Below, one piece after another: positions 25,930 through 38,171 of a stretch of DNA of 64,000 bases. Each line of letters begins with the position of its first letter. Positions within the stretch are counted from its first letter, which is position 1. A program made the translations under genes and the position numbers. This DNA comes from Marsupella aquatica (Eukaryota > Plantae > Marchantiophyta): positions 18,836,754-18,900,753 of the forward strand of contig OZ316896.1 of the NCBI GenBank assembly GCA_973895155.1, in the 5' to 3' direction. The notes under the pieces are model-generated. The model was not told the DNA's origin. It was given only the letters and a program-made list of their open reading frames with translations, and made no database searches.

Positions 25930-26537
25930 TCATCCTCTGGCTCTATGATGTAATGGCCATATATTATCATCCATCTTGCATCTCCATGTTCTCATCTTCA
26001 TCCTCCTTAACAATAACACGTTCACAGTAATGACCAAAATGACAATGTTTTTGTAACAATGACAAACACCATCAATTAATGACATTTTCTTATGCAACAC
26101 CTTTTTTGCGACGCATAGGGAATGAGTTTGTCTGCATATTTTTGTGTTTACTTGACAACTTTGTCTCACCTTGACATTTTTTTCTCCTTTCAATATCATC
26201 ACCTCACATCTTCTGCACAATGCACGGGCATTGTTTGTGTTCTTTATCTCATCACGACATCTTTCCCTCATCCTCGACATTTTTTTCTTTCATCTACATG
26301 TTTTCTTCATAATTACATCTTCTTCTCACCTTGCCATCTTTTCTCTCCTCAACATATATTTTTCACTTTGACTTCATTTCCTCACCTCAACATCTTTTTG
26401 TCTTATCGATAACTTTTTTCTCTCATTGACAACTTTTTTCTCTCATTGACAACCTTTTTTCACACCGACACCTTTCCTTCACGTTGACATTTTTTTCACC
26501 TCAACATCTTTTGTGCAACGCACAAGCATTGGGCTAG
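25930..26537 (+). mobile_element. Non-autonomous Helitron-like element (3' end clear, 5' end approximate)
   Basis: 3' hairpin TGTGCAACGCACA (26512-26524), then GGGCTAG|T. Internal degenerate (T/C)CACCT(C/T)GACATCTTT repeats are shared with the copies at 58586 and 61952. Confidence 0.65.
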
Positions 26538-28453
26538 TCGGACTATGAATAGTGATATTCCACTACCTTAGTTTATGATTCACTCACATGGTCACTATTG
26601 TATGGTGAGTTTTACAATATGAAAATAAAGTTTTTAACTCTGCCGCGGAAGTTTTTCTCATTTTAAATGTGTTACTTTGTAGATTATCATGTATGCATTT
26701 TCAATTTAATTGATTTTTTTTGTCCTTCTTGGTTGGCATCATGTGGATTTACACTATATGATAGTTTCTCATGTTTTGTGAGTGTGGAAGTATGATTGTT
26801 CATTTTGGCTGGTGATTGTTATATGACCAAGGTCAGTATGAGTTGTTTATCAGTTGTAATCTGGTTCAGTGTACTCTCGTTTTACTCCCTTTGCTCTGCT
26901 GCTTTTGCTCTTTCTCTTTGCTTCACTTCCCTCTCCTTTTGCTCCATTTGTTCTGTTGCCTCACTATGGATTTTCAGTGGAAGACTATCGTGGCGTTTGC
27001 CATTCTAGGCTATGCCATCTTTAGGTATCTCAACCCTTAAAAGACACTATTGGATTTTTGGACACTATTCACGTCAAAATTCTTGGTTGGGAGGAACCAA
27101 GAATTTTGGCTTAGAAATTGAAACGAGGGGAGTTCGGAGCCCAAAATCTGCTCAAAGATCTTACAGGCTCTGTGGCCAATATGTTTTGTGACACTGGAAT
27201 GAAGAAAGGTAAAATAACATCAATGATTCTTTGAATTTAACCACTTCTGTGGAGGTTTGTGAGGAGGAAAAAGTGTGTGCATGTAATCATCTTGGAGGGA
27301 AGATTGGTCCCAAGCGATGATACTAAAATCAAATGAGCTTCAAGATTTTGACTGCCGATTATTACTGTTGAGGCTGTTCTTCTCAAGAACCATCCCTGCC
27401 CTTACTGAGTTTGTAGTTTATGAAATGTGAGTCATGTCTTTCACATTACTATGATCGCTTGTAAAGCTGGGGACCTCAATACATGCAACTTGCAATTCAA
27501 AAAGTTTTGTTTACTTTGCGTTCCATTTTAGTTGGCCTTCAGAAGCGCTTTAATTTTATTTTGTTGCAACCATACAAGCAATTGGTGGATGTTTGCATTA
27601 TTGACTGCTATTCTTCTAGCATTCGCTCACGTCTTGTTTATTTTTGTTTAGAATAAGAAAAATAATAGATTTTTTAATTTTGATTTGATTTCATATTTAC
27701 TTTATGAAAACTTCTTTTGACAAGTAGTGTCCGGCCCCTCTCACAAGAAAAAGTATACAAACCAAAGACCATTTTACACAAAAATCAATAATAATAAAAA
27801 TCTCTTATCTTCTTTGCATTTTTATTTTTTATTTAAAAAATCCTTAAACCGGCCTCCATCCCACCTACCCTAAGAAAATAACTAATGCAAAAAATATAAA
27901 GAAAATCCATTATTCTTTATTAGAATCCATTATCAGAATTCAATAATTAGTGCAAACGAATCCCTTAGTCTTTTATATCTCTTCCTTCAAAATACCTTGA
28001 TCTTGTCTCAATAATGTGAAAAATAATACTCTTAATACCCTTTTTAATTGCTCGTCTTAAGATATCCTCAATCCTTCATCTTGGCCAAAAAAATCAACAC
28101 ATTTTTCCCTCACTATTTTTTAATTTATCATCTTTATATTTTTGATCAAATTCCAAGATTTCATCCCCCAATATTAATCTTCTTGGTACATTCAACCAAA
28201 TTTTAAAATTTCATTCTCCGTTATTAATTTGCTTTAAATAGTTAGTACTTTGTGAAAAATCTGGAAGTAACCTGTGTAAACATGCTCTTTATTTTTAGAA
28301 AACATTTTTAATGCCTAGTTTGAATTCTAGTTATAAATAGAGACGATAAAAACAAAGATCTTGAAAATAATTCTTTACTATTTTTTAACCCAATGTCTAG
28401 TGCAATTGTTGCCCTTATGCAAGTTGAGTCTTCAATTCTTGTTGTCAAGAAAA

Positions 28454-28584
28454 TACAATTTTGACCTGATATAAAATCTCATACAAATAATCTGACCATT
28501 CAACAAACATTTGGTTGATGATACAATTTTGACCCGACATAAAATCTCATGCAGATAATCTGATCATTCAACAAACATTTGGTT
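28454..28584. repeat. ~66-bp tandem duplication
   Basis: ATACAATTTTGACC...TTCAACAAACATTTGGTT occurs twice. Confidence 0.85.
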
Positions 28585-30696
28585 TTTTTCCTGCAACAGC
28601 GCACGTCTACACTGCAAAAACAATGTATTATTTTAATAAATATTAATAATTTAAGTGAAAATTAGAAAAAAAATTCATGCCATAACAATAGAACTATGGG
28701 AAAAGACAAAGTGCTAGTCATTCAAAACTTAAAATATTTATGTATATATTATTTGAGATTGAATGCTTTGTAGCTTGTCATTCTTTTTACTTGCACTAGT
28801 TCATTTTGCATTTCTCAAGTAAATTCTAGATAGATTTGGTATTAGAATTTTTAAAGTAAATATAATATTAAGAATTTTGAGTCTATTTTCAATGCAGTAT
28901 GATAATATTTTTGCTCTATCATGTATATAAGGTTTTTTATTGGGGATTAAAAAAAAGAAATGACTAACATCAATACCCTATTTAGACATTAGATGTGATA
29001 AAGGGTAGAATTTTTAGGATGAAAGCATTCTTAGAAAGCATTTCATGAGCTTAATCTTATTGCCTGGATGTATTCAAATGGCTTCTTGTAAATTGTGGCA
29101 AAATTGATGTTTCAGGTGATCTAACAATTCAAAACTTACAAGCATTTTGAGAGGAAAACAAATTTAAACTAGAAGCCAAACAAGCAAAGTGTGTTTTGAA
29201 ACAAGCCAATTGAAGCCAATATATTTTTTGAGATCTTTGGTGTCAATTAACATGGCTATTATAGATTCTTTGTAATTGACAAAAAAGTTGTTGAAGAAAA
29301 AATGACATCCTTGAAACCATTAAATAACTTTTTTCAAAAGAATATAGATCATGAATTTGTTTTGTGGATTTTAGCAAAATAACTTATATAATATATGATT
29401 ACAATTTGTGATAGTTATTTGTCTAAATTGGTTGGAAACAACACCTAGCCATCCAATAATGAAAATGGGACAATGTATCTAATGAAGACTGTTGTGATAA
29501 AAAGAACAACTCTATGTGCAAAAGAAGTGACTGAAGAAAAAATAAATTTAAAAACAACTAAAACAATTTATTTATTTGTTAAACTCCATATTCTACCAAT
29601 AAACCAAAAAAAATAAGGTTGAAAATCTCGTGTCTAATAAGGTGTCATTTACACCCATCTAAATGGGTGAACATAATTGTGAATATAAATGCTAGAATAT
29701 TTGATCAGAAACTTATACAAATATACATGAATATTATGAATAAAATGTTTATCTTTGCAACTTGTACAACCATGTTGCAGTCACATTTGAAGGTTTATTT
29801 CAAGATTGATAGAACATCTTACACTAACACTCTAGAAAAGCTTGAGTTGTTTTGAGAGTTAAGAAAATCATGATACAAATTGGCTAGGATCAAAAGAGAT
29901 TATGAAATTAGAATAAAATGATGGGCCCAAGCTTTGAGATTGTAGACTTTATACACAATTTTTTCTTGGTTTGAGCCCTTTCAAAAATTGATACAAATAA
30001 AATTGATAATTTCTTTGATGAGCTGAAAAACATTAAGCCAAAAAATTCAGTACCACTTACTTCTTCATAATTTGGATTACATATCTATTTCAAGTTGGGT
30101 CCTCAATTGAAGACCTAAAGCAATTTACTCTGAGATCAAACTCTTCTTAAGTTTTCCAAAAATAAATGCAAACCAAACAAAAAAATATAAACATAAAAAA
30201 TCCTTGCATCATGAATTATATTATATAAAAAATTTGAATGTTTTATTAAGCATAAATATATTTTTGAATATAAACTAAATTTTAAGTGTTTTTAATATGT
30301 AAGGATTTGATGATTGGCAGTGGAAACAAAAGCCCAGATGGATCGAGACATTGCCCCTGCTCATCCCCATGGACTGCGTATTGAGATCGTCACTTTTAGA
30401 CAAAAATAATATAGAAATCGGTCACAGATTGCAATTGACAACTTTGACTACCTTCAGGACAAACTAACCAAGATGTCATGGTAATGGAGACCATTTAAAA
30501 GTCCCATTTTAGTCAAAAGTGTAAACAACGTTATCTGAGTCAGTTTAAATGTTTTGTGCAAGTCCACCCCAGCTTTGCCCGTCTATCTGGGCTTCACACA
30601 CAAAGTGGAGGTCTATCCCGGCTCTAGTTTGTGGGTAGTCTCCTGACAAAATTAATAGATATTATTTACTTGTTTGTGCACCATTCAGATAATAAT

Positions 30697-31435
30697 ATAA
30701 TCATGAATGATTTTCAGGATAAGTTTCAATGACTAATCTTATCCGAAGGGGAAGTCCTAACTCAAATGATGTATAGGCATTAGAGAAGACTATTGTCCTT
30801 GAAGGAAGAAAATATACACTTTTTATATACAAAGGGACCAGACAGAGTACAAATGAACAAACAAAAGAGGGTCCAAGTGGACAAAACCAAATGTAAAAGA
30901 AGTGAGCAAAGGGAACCACTAAACACCAAGAAAGAATAACTAAAAGTAAGAAATGAGCAATAGGGAACCCCTAAAAACCAAGAAAGAGAGACTAAAACTA
31001 ACCCAAACGGACCAAGGTCCTCATCATTCCTAGCGAATGTGACAAAAAGCTAATGGTCCACAGATCAAGGGTCAAAACTAGATCGGCAAGTGGGATTGGA
31101 ACATCCTCTAGGGGAGCTAGCCGCTGCGGAGGCACACAAGCACCCACTGTAAGAGATTGACGATAGATGGCCCGAGTTTGAGCATGTTGTAAGGTGACTG
31201 AAATGCGTTGGCAAAAGTGCGTGGTCAAAACCAAGAGCGGGGGTCCGATGGGACCCATTCGGCCATGAACATCCCGGGCAGCTTGCCGAAGAAGCCCATC
31301 AAACTGAGGATGAAGACGCCCAAATAGCTCCAGAGCAAGGGGGAGGAAGCTGTCGGATGAAGCTCGTGCAACATATTTGGCCTCCTTCGTTGTTGCCGAA
31401 CGTAACGCTGCTACCCCTGCCATTGTTGCCGCTGA
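30697..31435 (-). mobile_element. 5'-truncated CRE-type (restriction-like endonuclease) non-LTR retrotransposon fragment
   Basis: ORF 30998-31423 has the RLE C-terminal pattern AALRSATTKEAKY...FLPLALELFGRL...QRISVTLQHAQTRAI. It is followed by a T-rich 3'UTR ending in an ATCATTCA-like tail. Confidence 0.7.
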
Positions 31436-34237
31436 ACCTCAAAAGAAGACTTGATTTTGCAAGAGATTGCCTATAATGCTGCAATAATTAAGAGGCATTG
31501 GAGAACACTTTAAAGAAGATAAGATTTGTCATTATTTGGTGGATTTTTCACATAAAAACAATTCTCTTTGTGGTACTTGTTGGGGAATACTTGTCCTTGA
31601 ATTGCTCTTTGTAAGTTTCATTTGTGTTTTAGGTAGCATTAGCTCTTATAGCCTTCTGTATGGAAGACTTAATAGATTAATAGAATGCGCCAAAACGAAT
31701 GGTTTGGTCCAATTTACAATGATAATTACCACTGTACTAGCAAGCCATGCAGTTTGACCAAGCACAGTCACTGTGAAATTGAGCAAGGTTCATGATTCAA
31801 AGGTCTATAGTGACTATTTACCTAGTTTGCCCTTGGATCCCTTGTTTGCTGATGTGTGCATCCTTTTTTTTTGGTCAAAATCTTAGACCTCCTCTTGAGG
31901 TGGTCTAAGATACTGGAGCAAACGGCCTCTTCTTTTCAGAAAATTAAATTGCATTATTTTAGACCTGTCACATTTTGGCTCAGGCATTTTAGCTTTTGTA
32001 TAAAGAAGTGGCCATCAACTGTGCTTTGGATGGAGAGGCACTGAACGGCCCCCATCATCTTGTAATTAAGGCCTCCCTAAGTTTATAAGTTACTTTGCTA
32101 GATCTAGCCCAAAATACTGCCGCATAGAAGTCTTGCTTATTGGCAACATGGCATGGGAAGCCCATAAATTTTATGAAGTCACTCAAACATCTAAGCACTT
32201 CAAGCCCTCTGACTCTGATTTTTAGTTTGTATTTTCAAGAGTGTTTACTTAGAGCAATGTTCTAGCAGCAATTGAGGTGAGATAGAGAACAATTTTTTGG
32301 AGCATTCACAAGACACGACAAGAAAAAAAACAAAACATGGCTTATTCCATTAGGAGGGCCATAGGGTGACTTTACAAGTCATTGGCTGCACTTTCAACTA
32401 TTTTTTGATATATTAACTTGTGATTGGGGCCATCCAGTTGCATAGAAACTACTATTGATTGCTTTTCAAGATGTTGGTGGTTATTTGTTCAAAACTGTTG
32501 CCAATTCTACATGGAATGGAGTGAGTCCCAAATTTTGCTTATGTGGAGCCCATTTTGGTCCCAGATTTTAGACCACCTCTCTTGGAGGACTCTTCATCTG
32601 GCTTCTCGGTCCATTCCTATTTTGAGGATTCTACATGAAAAGTGGACCCACATGCCCCTGTTCATATCTTATCATGTCATAGCAAGAAGGTCCCGAGCCG
32701 AAAAACTATGTGACTTTTAGATGGAGTGGGTCCGGGTTTGGACTTGCCAGGCAAATAGAGGCTTTAGAGTCCATCAACCGGTAACTCGTCACCCGGACCG
32801 TCCCGGCCGCCTGATCTTGACTTCCCGGCCCTTCCTGGCCCAGCTCAGCCATGACCTCCTGGCCCCAACCCCGGCCTGTCCCACCCTATCCCGGCCCGGC
32901 CCAGGGAATATCAAGGAATATCTGACATTTGGGCCGATGTTTGCCTGACAAATGACAAGTTTGCGTGCCCAACAACTCGGCAAGTTGCATGTCACTTCAA
33001 ACCGGGGAGTGGGTCTCCATTCTCCAACTTATTCCTAGCAAGTTGTTGGTGCACATAGCTTTACAAGATATTTTCTGCACTTAGCTTCAAGCAATTAGTG
33101 CCATCAAAAGATTCCAAACTCTTTTTAGCGCTCTGCCATATTTAGAATGTTCAATGGCCTACAAACTAGTTTGGAGAAAATAACAATCAAAGTGTCACAA
33201 GGTCTTGTAAAGCCACCCTTACCCTACACATGAAACCATAGAGATTCACCCTCAGGAAGTCCTCTCCACGAAGAATCTTACGCTCAATGGCAATGAGTGC
33301 TCTACAATCATGACCATGCTGCCAAATGTACAAGACTGCTGTAAATGACTGAGGAGTGAAGACTTGAAGATGCCCTGCAAGAATTTTAGCGTGACGGCTG
33401 TGTTGATCACATGACTTCCTTTGTCTCAACTCTCAAGAATTCATGATTGTACTACGCTTGTACAAAGGACATTACAGACTTCAAAGAATGCTGTCCTTCG
33501 CCGCCACAGACCTTTCAATGCTCACTGTTCACGACTGACATCATTAAAGATTTCACCGAGCCTTCAATGCACATTGTCGAGAAATGGTCCTTGATTGTAG
33601 TACTACCACGACATTTATCAATTAACGCGCCGAAATGGATCCTAGATTGAGTAGATTCGTTTGCAATTGTTGCATGACGTCCTTGTGCTGAAAGATTGGG
33701 GTGCGTGAGCCAGGAACTTACTACACAGTTAGATTATATGTTACGTGACTGCCCAGAGAACAACACGCTCCACACCGGGAGACAGATCCTACAGACATTG
33801 TGAATAACAGCAACATTATTGTCCCTTTTCTGTACAGTGCGTGAGCCAGGATAGACTAGAAATACAGATTCGGTGGACCTGAGGAACAACAGCACCCTTG
33901 TTGTTTGAACAATTGCAATTGTGACTCGCAGCTGGGTGATATACCGATCCAGGTTGGTAAGTGGCAGTTGACTTTGGCGGTGGATTTACTCATCATTGAT
34001 TGACTCCAGTTGTGAAGAATATCCCCTTCCACGCACTGCCCAGGCAGGTGAGCACAATCTCTAGAACACAAAATTGCTTTCGCTCGAGCTAGCTTCTGCG
34101 ATTGATTAGTTTTGGTCTGTTTGGCTGGCGATTTTGCGATGGTAATGTCGGGGACCCACTTGGATCCAGGAACTTTTGAAAGAGAATAGCAATCTTCGAG
34201 TGACATAACAACTGTGTTCGAGTACCCGAGGCACAAA

Positions 34238-36019
34238 ATGTCTCCAGTTCAATCCAATCGGCACATTGACGAGGACAACCCTGACATAAAAGAGCGAAGC
34301 GCGGACGAAGAAGATGATCCGATCCTCCGAGAACATGATGCCCTTCGTCAGGGGATGGACACGTTGTTGAACAAGACCGCTGGACTTTGGGAGGAGAATC
34401 TCTCAATAAAGAAAGAAGCGGAGTTCTGGAAGAACGAGTGGCGAGGTACATTAGGGCTCCGGACTAAAGACCTCGCATTGAGAAATGAGGTGGAGAAGTG
34501 GAAAACCGAGTGGAGACGGATATCAAGTGTCCAGGCGGAGAACGTCTCTTTGAAGAATCAGGTGGAGCAATTGAAGAGCGAATCTAGGATGGCTGAGCAA
34601 ATCCGGAAGGAGCTTGAAGCAAAGGGCGCCAAGTTGCTTAGAACATCAAACTCGGGGACTGCGGGGAGCAGTAGAGTACGTGTAGACAGAATGCAGCAAA
34701 GCTATGAAAAGTTTAAAAGAGACCGAAAGGAATCAGAGCAGGAGAGGGAGATAGAGGAGAGTGATCTGTGGAAGAAGGAGAAAGAGAAGTTGCGCAGGAA
34801 GGCGAAGGAGGGTCTGAGAAAGACCTGGGAAGTTCAGAAGCAGCGGATTGAGAAGGTGTTGTGGAGGAAGGCTAGTGAGGGTCTGAGAAAGGCCCGGGAG
34901 TTTGAGAAGCAGAAGACGGCAGCCGATCGTTTGAAGACGAAGAGGAAAGCGTGGGAAGAAGAGAGCAGGCGTAAGGTGGTCTCCACATCCGGGAGGAAAT
35001 TCAAGAGGAAGAAATGGAGCAGTGATCAAGAGGATAATAACGGGCTTGAAGGTGAGGATCCGAAACAATACAAGCACAGCTGGCAGGGTGAGCTACACAG
35101 TGGCAAATCGTCGCTGAAGTTTGTCACTCGTTCACCAAAGGTCCCGTTTCGTTCGCAAGTAAAGCACTTCGACTGTAACCAGACTCCGCAGCAACGAGTC
35201 ACTTGTCCCACTCCACCTGAACTGTCAACTTCGTCCTCGGAGGACGATACTGAGGGCAAGGAGGATGGAATACCCGTACCTGATCCTAGTTTTCACGATT
35301 TTGACGCTTCACGAACTGAGAAGGACATTCTTCCAGGGCAGATCTGGGCAGCCTATGATGAGGAGGATGGAATGCCGAGGTTATATGCCCGTATCTCTAG
35401 GGTTACTGCCAAACCGTTCAAGGTCTGTATGAATTGGTTTACCGAATGTGCCGCAACTGATGAGGAGAATGCGTGGATGAAAAGCACTGGCCGTTTAATT
35501 ACTTGTGGGGGTTTTCAGATGAATAGAGGTATTCGTAAAGTGGACCGGATCAACATTTTCTCGCACTTTGTTATGGATAAAGTAGCCAAGGGGCTGCAGA
35601 AAATATATCCCAGAAGAGGCCAGGTGTGGGCTGTTTACAAGGATCCAGAGCAAGAGATTCTGCAAGGGATTGGACCAGCAGGAGGCCCTAGATCTCATCG
35701 GAAAGCGAGTACACTCAAGTATGAAATGTTAGAGATACTTAGCGAATTTAGTGACACCGACGGTCTAAAAACTTGGAAGCTGGTAAGTGCCAATGGTTTC
35801 TTAACTGTGTTCCACAGACAAGTCGGGAAAGAGTCATTTAGGTTATTTCAGCCTCAAGAGATGGTTAAATTCTCTCACGGTGTCCCGATCCATAGAATTG
35901 AAGATTCACAAGCGGACATACATGGCCTTCCTCGTGGATCCCTTGAGCTTGACCCTGCATCTACTCCTGGCGATCTTATGATGAGCCCGTTGAATGGACC
36001 ATCTGCCAAAGCACCCTGA
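34238..36019 (+). CDS. Coiled-coil + DUF3444 domain protein, intronless, 593 aa
   Basis: The first ATG is at 34238. The N-terminal half is a K/E/R-rich coiled coil. C-terminal DUF3444 motifs: VPDPSFHDFD, GQIWAAYDEEDGMPRLYARI, NIFSH, IYPRRGQVWAVYK, FSHGVP, LELDPAS. No HPD/J-domain is present. Confidence 0.88.
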   Translation: MSPVQSNRHIDEDNPDIKERSADEEDDPILREHDALRQGMDTLLNKTAGLWEENLSIKKEAEFWKNEWRGTLGLRTKDLALRNEVEKWKTEWRRISSVQAENVSLKNQVEQLKSESRMAEQIRKELEAKGAKLLRTSNSGTAGSSRVRVDRMQQSYEKFKRDRKESEQEREIEESDLWKKEKEKLRRKAKEGLRKTWEVQKQRIEKVLWRKASEGLRKAREFEKQKTAADRLKTKRKAWEEESRRKVVSTSGRKFKRKKWSSDQEDNNGLEGEDPKQYKHSWQGELHSGKSSLKFVTRSPKVPFRSQVKHFDCNQTPQQRVTCPTPPELSTSSSEDDTEGKEDGIPVPDPSFHDFDASRTEKDILPGQIWAAYDEEDGMPRLYARISRVTAKPFKVCMNWFTECAATDEENAWMKSTGRLITCGGFQMNRGIRKVDRINIFSHFVMDKVAKGLQKIYPRRGQVWAVYKDPEQEILQGIGPAGGPRSHRKASTLKYEMLEILSEFSDTDGLKTWKLVSANGFLTVFHRQVGKESFRLFQPQEMVKFSHGVPIHRIEDSQADIHGLPRGSLELDPASTPGDLMMSPLNGPSAKAP

Positions 36020-37091
36020 GTAGTCGGGGCATTCTCTACATCTTTCCCAAGCATGTTATTTGGGGACATTATTGTCTGGATTGGCTGTACTAAATTGCAC
36101 CGCTAAGTTGAACACATTGCTGTCAAGTGGGTCATGTGTCGTGCTCCTATCCCCTCATCAATCCTGTCCTTGTGCATGCATTCCTTCGAGTCTCATAAGC
36201 TTCATACGGGCCATGTAGAGATCTCTCCCTGAGCGTAGCACGTACTCTTGCCTCACCACTACCATAGTGTAGCAAGAAATGAAGGCTGTAGAATTGCCAT
36301 ATACATATCTGAGCAATTAGGCACTGGAATTCCTGAAAAGCGATGCCACGGATCCAATTTCCTGGTAGTCTGGTGTCATTCGAATGACTTGATCAAGCTG
36401 ATAGATTGAAAGATCAAGGTGGACAGCTGCTGTAGTGTTATAGTAGTAAAGAGTCCAGGGCTGGAATGATGAAAGGCACTACTGTACTCATGTTCCCTTC
36501 ACTGGCGAAGATCACAGAAAGTATCAGAATGCGACCATGGAAAATTTTGGGTGATACATCTACGGATGGGTGGCAAAATATTCTACGTGATCTCTATGAA
36601 CAGTTCGACGTAGGCTCTCACCAGTATTAACAGAAGTTTCTCCACCAGTTGCAGCACTCTGAAGGAAAACTGAGTCAATGCATCCACTCTGTCTCCAACC
36701 TATAAAATTTAGGGGATTGCCAAGAGGCAGGCGAGCCAGAGATGTTGTCACCTCGGATTGGTTTGAGCGAATGGGCGATCAAGTATGACAGCACATCTGT
36801 TGAATCGAAATTTGCGAGTCTCTTCTTATAACCATATTTGGCCCATTCAATAGATGAAACTTGCTAATTTTTGTGAATGACATGAATTGGCATGAAACCA
36901 ATCACGTACTTGTATCACGTAAGGAGAGGCAACCTTGTGACACTCCATTGACTACACGAATCATGAAAGCGAACGAATCAGTGTTGGAATTGTCAACAAC
37001 ATGGACTGGCTAGGAATTGAATCTAAGACCTCCCCATTGTAAAAGCTTTATTACTGAGCTAGAGTCTCTGATGCTTGCAACACTCATAAGT

Positions 37092-37247
37092 GGTTCATTT
37101 CGAACAATCAACTCATACTTGTGAAGCCCCACACAAGCAGTCAAGTGTTGGTGATTTGCCCCGAAGAGGGTTCATTTGCAACAATCAACTCATACTTGTA
37201 AAGCGCCACCCAAGCAGGTGAGTGTGGGTGATTCTCCCCTAAGAGGA
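37092..37247. repeat. ~78-bp tandem duplication
   Basis: GGTTCATTT...AACAATCAACTCATACTTGT...GGTGATT...AAGAGG occurs twice. Confidence 0.8.
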
Positions 37248-37670
37248 GTAGAATGTGAGTGAAAACGGTAATAAATTGGATCCTTTCTCGAGTCTCAGCT
37301 TTCATCAGAGAAAAAAATCATGAGAGTTGAAAGGTTTGAGGGCAAGGAGAAGGGAACTTGGGCCTGAGACATTTTTTCATCAAAACACTGTAAACAATCT
37401 TACTGGCTGTTTATAAAATGCCATTCCAAGTGAAGGTCTCCCTGGCCATTTGATTGTGTGACAACTATGAGTTGGGCTGGTGGTGTGGCCAAAACGTCAC
37501 CCTCACCACATATATTCCTTGAGTACAATTGCCAGCTAGCTCGTACATCACTTATTGCAGAGAAGACTGTGTTGCAACGCACCGACTTTGGGTTAATAAT
37601 TTATGAAAGGTAACTTAAAATTAGAAAAGAAATAAATTAGTAGAGTATAGTGGCAATTGGAGGCACATGT

Positions 37671-37742
37671 GGAGGTATAGCTCAGTGGTAGAGCAATCGG
37701 CTGCAGTCCGATAGGTCATCAGTTCAATCCTGGTTGCCTCCT
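37671..37742 (+). tRNA. tRNA-Cys (GCA)
   Basis: Cloverleaf: acceptor GGAGGTA/TGCCTCC, D arm GCTC-AGTGGTA-GAGC, anticodon arm ATCGG-CTGCAGT-CCGAT, T arm ATCAG-TTCAATC-CTGGT, discriminator U. A TTTT terminator lies at ~37758. Confidence 0.9.
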
Positions 37743-37956
37743 TATTGAGTTTCTCGGTTTTGATTTCCTTTGCCTTTCGTTCGAGTCCCTTTTCAATGAC
37801 AATATAAAACGACCCCAAGGTCGGCCGAAACCGGAGACTTGCCGGCTACTCTTTGTATCCCCCTTAACGGACCTTTTAAAAACGTGCACTGCTCGAAGTC
37901 CGCTGTGGGCACTCGCTTGCGTGCTACTTTATCTGCCATGATGCGGAGGACTGTTT

Positions 37957-38003
37957 TAAAACCATAAGTTTAGGAAATCCTGTCCCTTGGGAGGCATACA
38001 TAA
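37957..38003 (+). promoter_or_regulatory. Putative snRNA promoter (USE-like AAAACCATAA at about -70, TATA-like CATACATAA at about -30)
   Basis: Positions match the USE/TATA geometry of plant snRNA genes, but the sequence differs from the angiosperm RTCCCACATCG consensus. Confidence 0.45.
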
Positions 38004-38028
38004 TCCCCGACTCTGCACTGAGTTTCCC

Positions 38029-38171
38029 ATCTTTGCGCTTGGGGCAATGACGCAGTTAGTGAGGTATAACCGAGACGCGTCAATTGCTGGTTGAAAACTA
38101 TTTCCAAACCCCCGCCCGTGCCCTAACCGGCGCGTGCGAATTTCTGGAAGGTTCGACTTTGTCTGAACCTC
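38029..38171 (+). ncRNA. U4: U4 spliceosomal snRNA
   Basis: ATCTTTGCGCTTGGGGCAATGACGCAG...TGAGG...AACCGAG.CGCGTC.ATTGCTGGTTGAAAACTATTTCCAAACCCC matches plant U4 as I recall it. The Sm site AATTTCTGG is at 38139-38147 and the 3' stem is AGGTTC/GAACCT. Confidence 0.95.

Noticed and set aside
27100-30600. MuDR/hAT transposase relic in the AT-rich block
   Set aside because: No ORF or diagnostic motif is recoverable; probably an old TE but unsupported.
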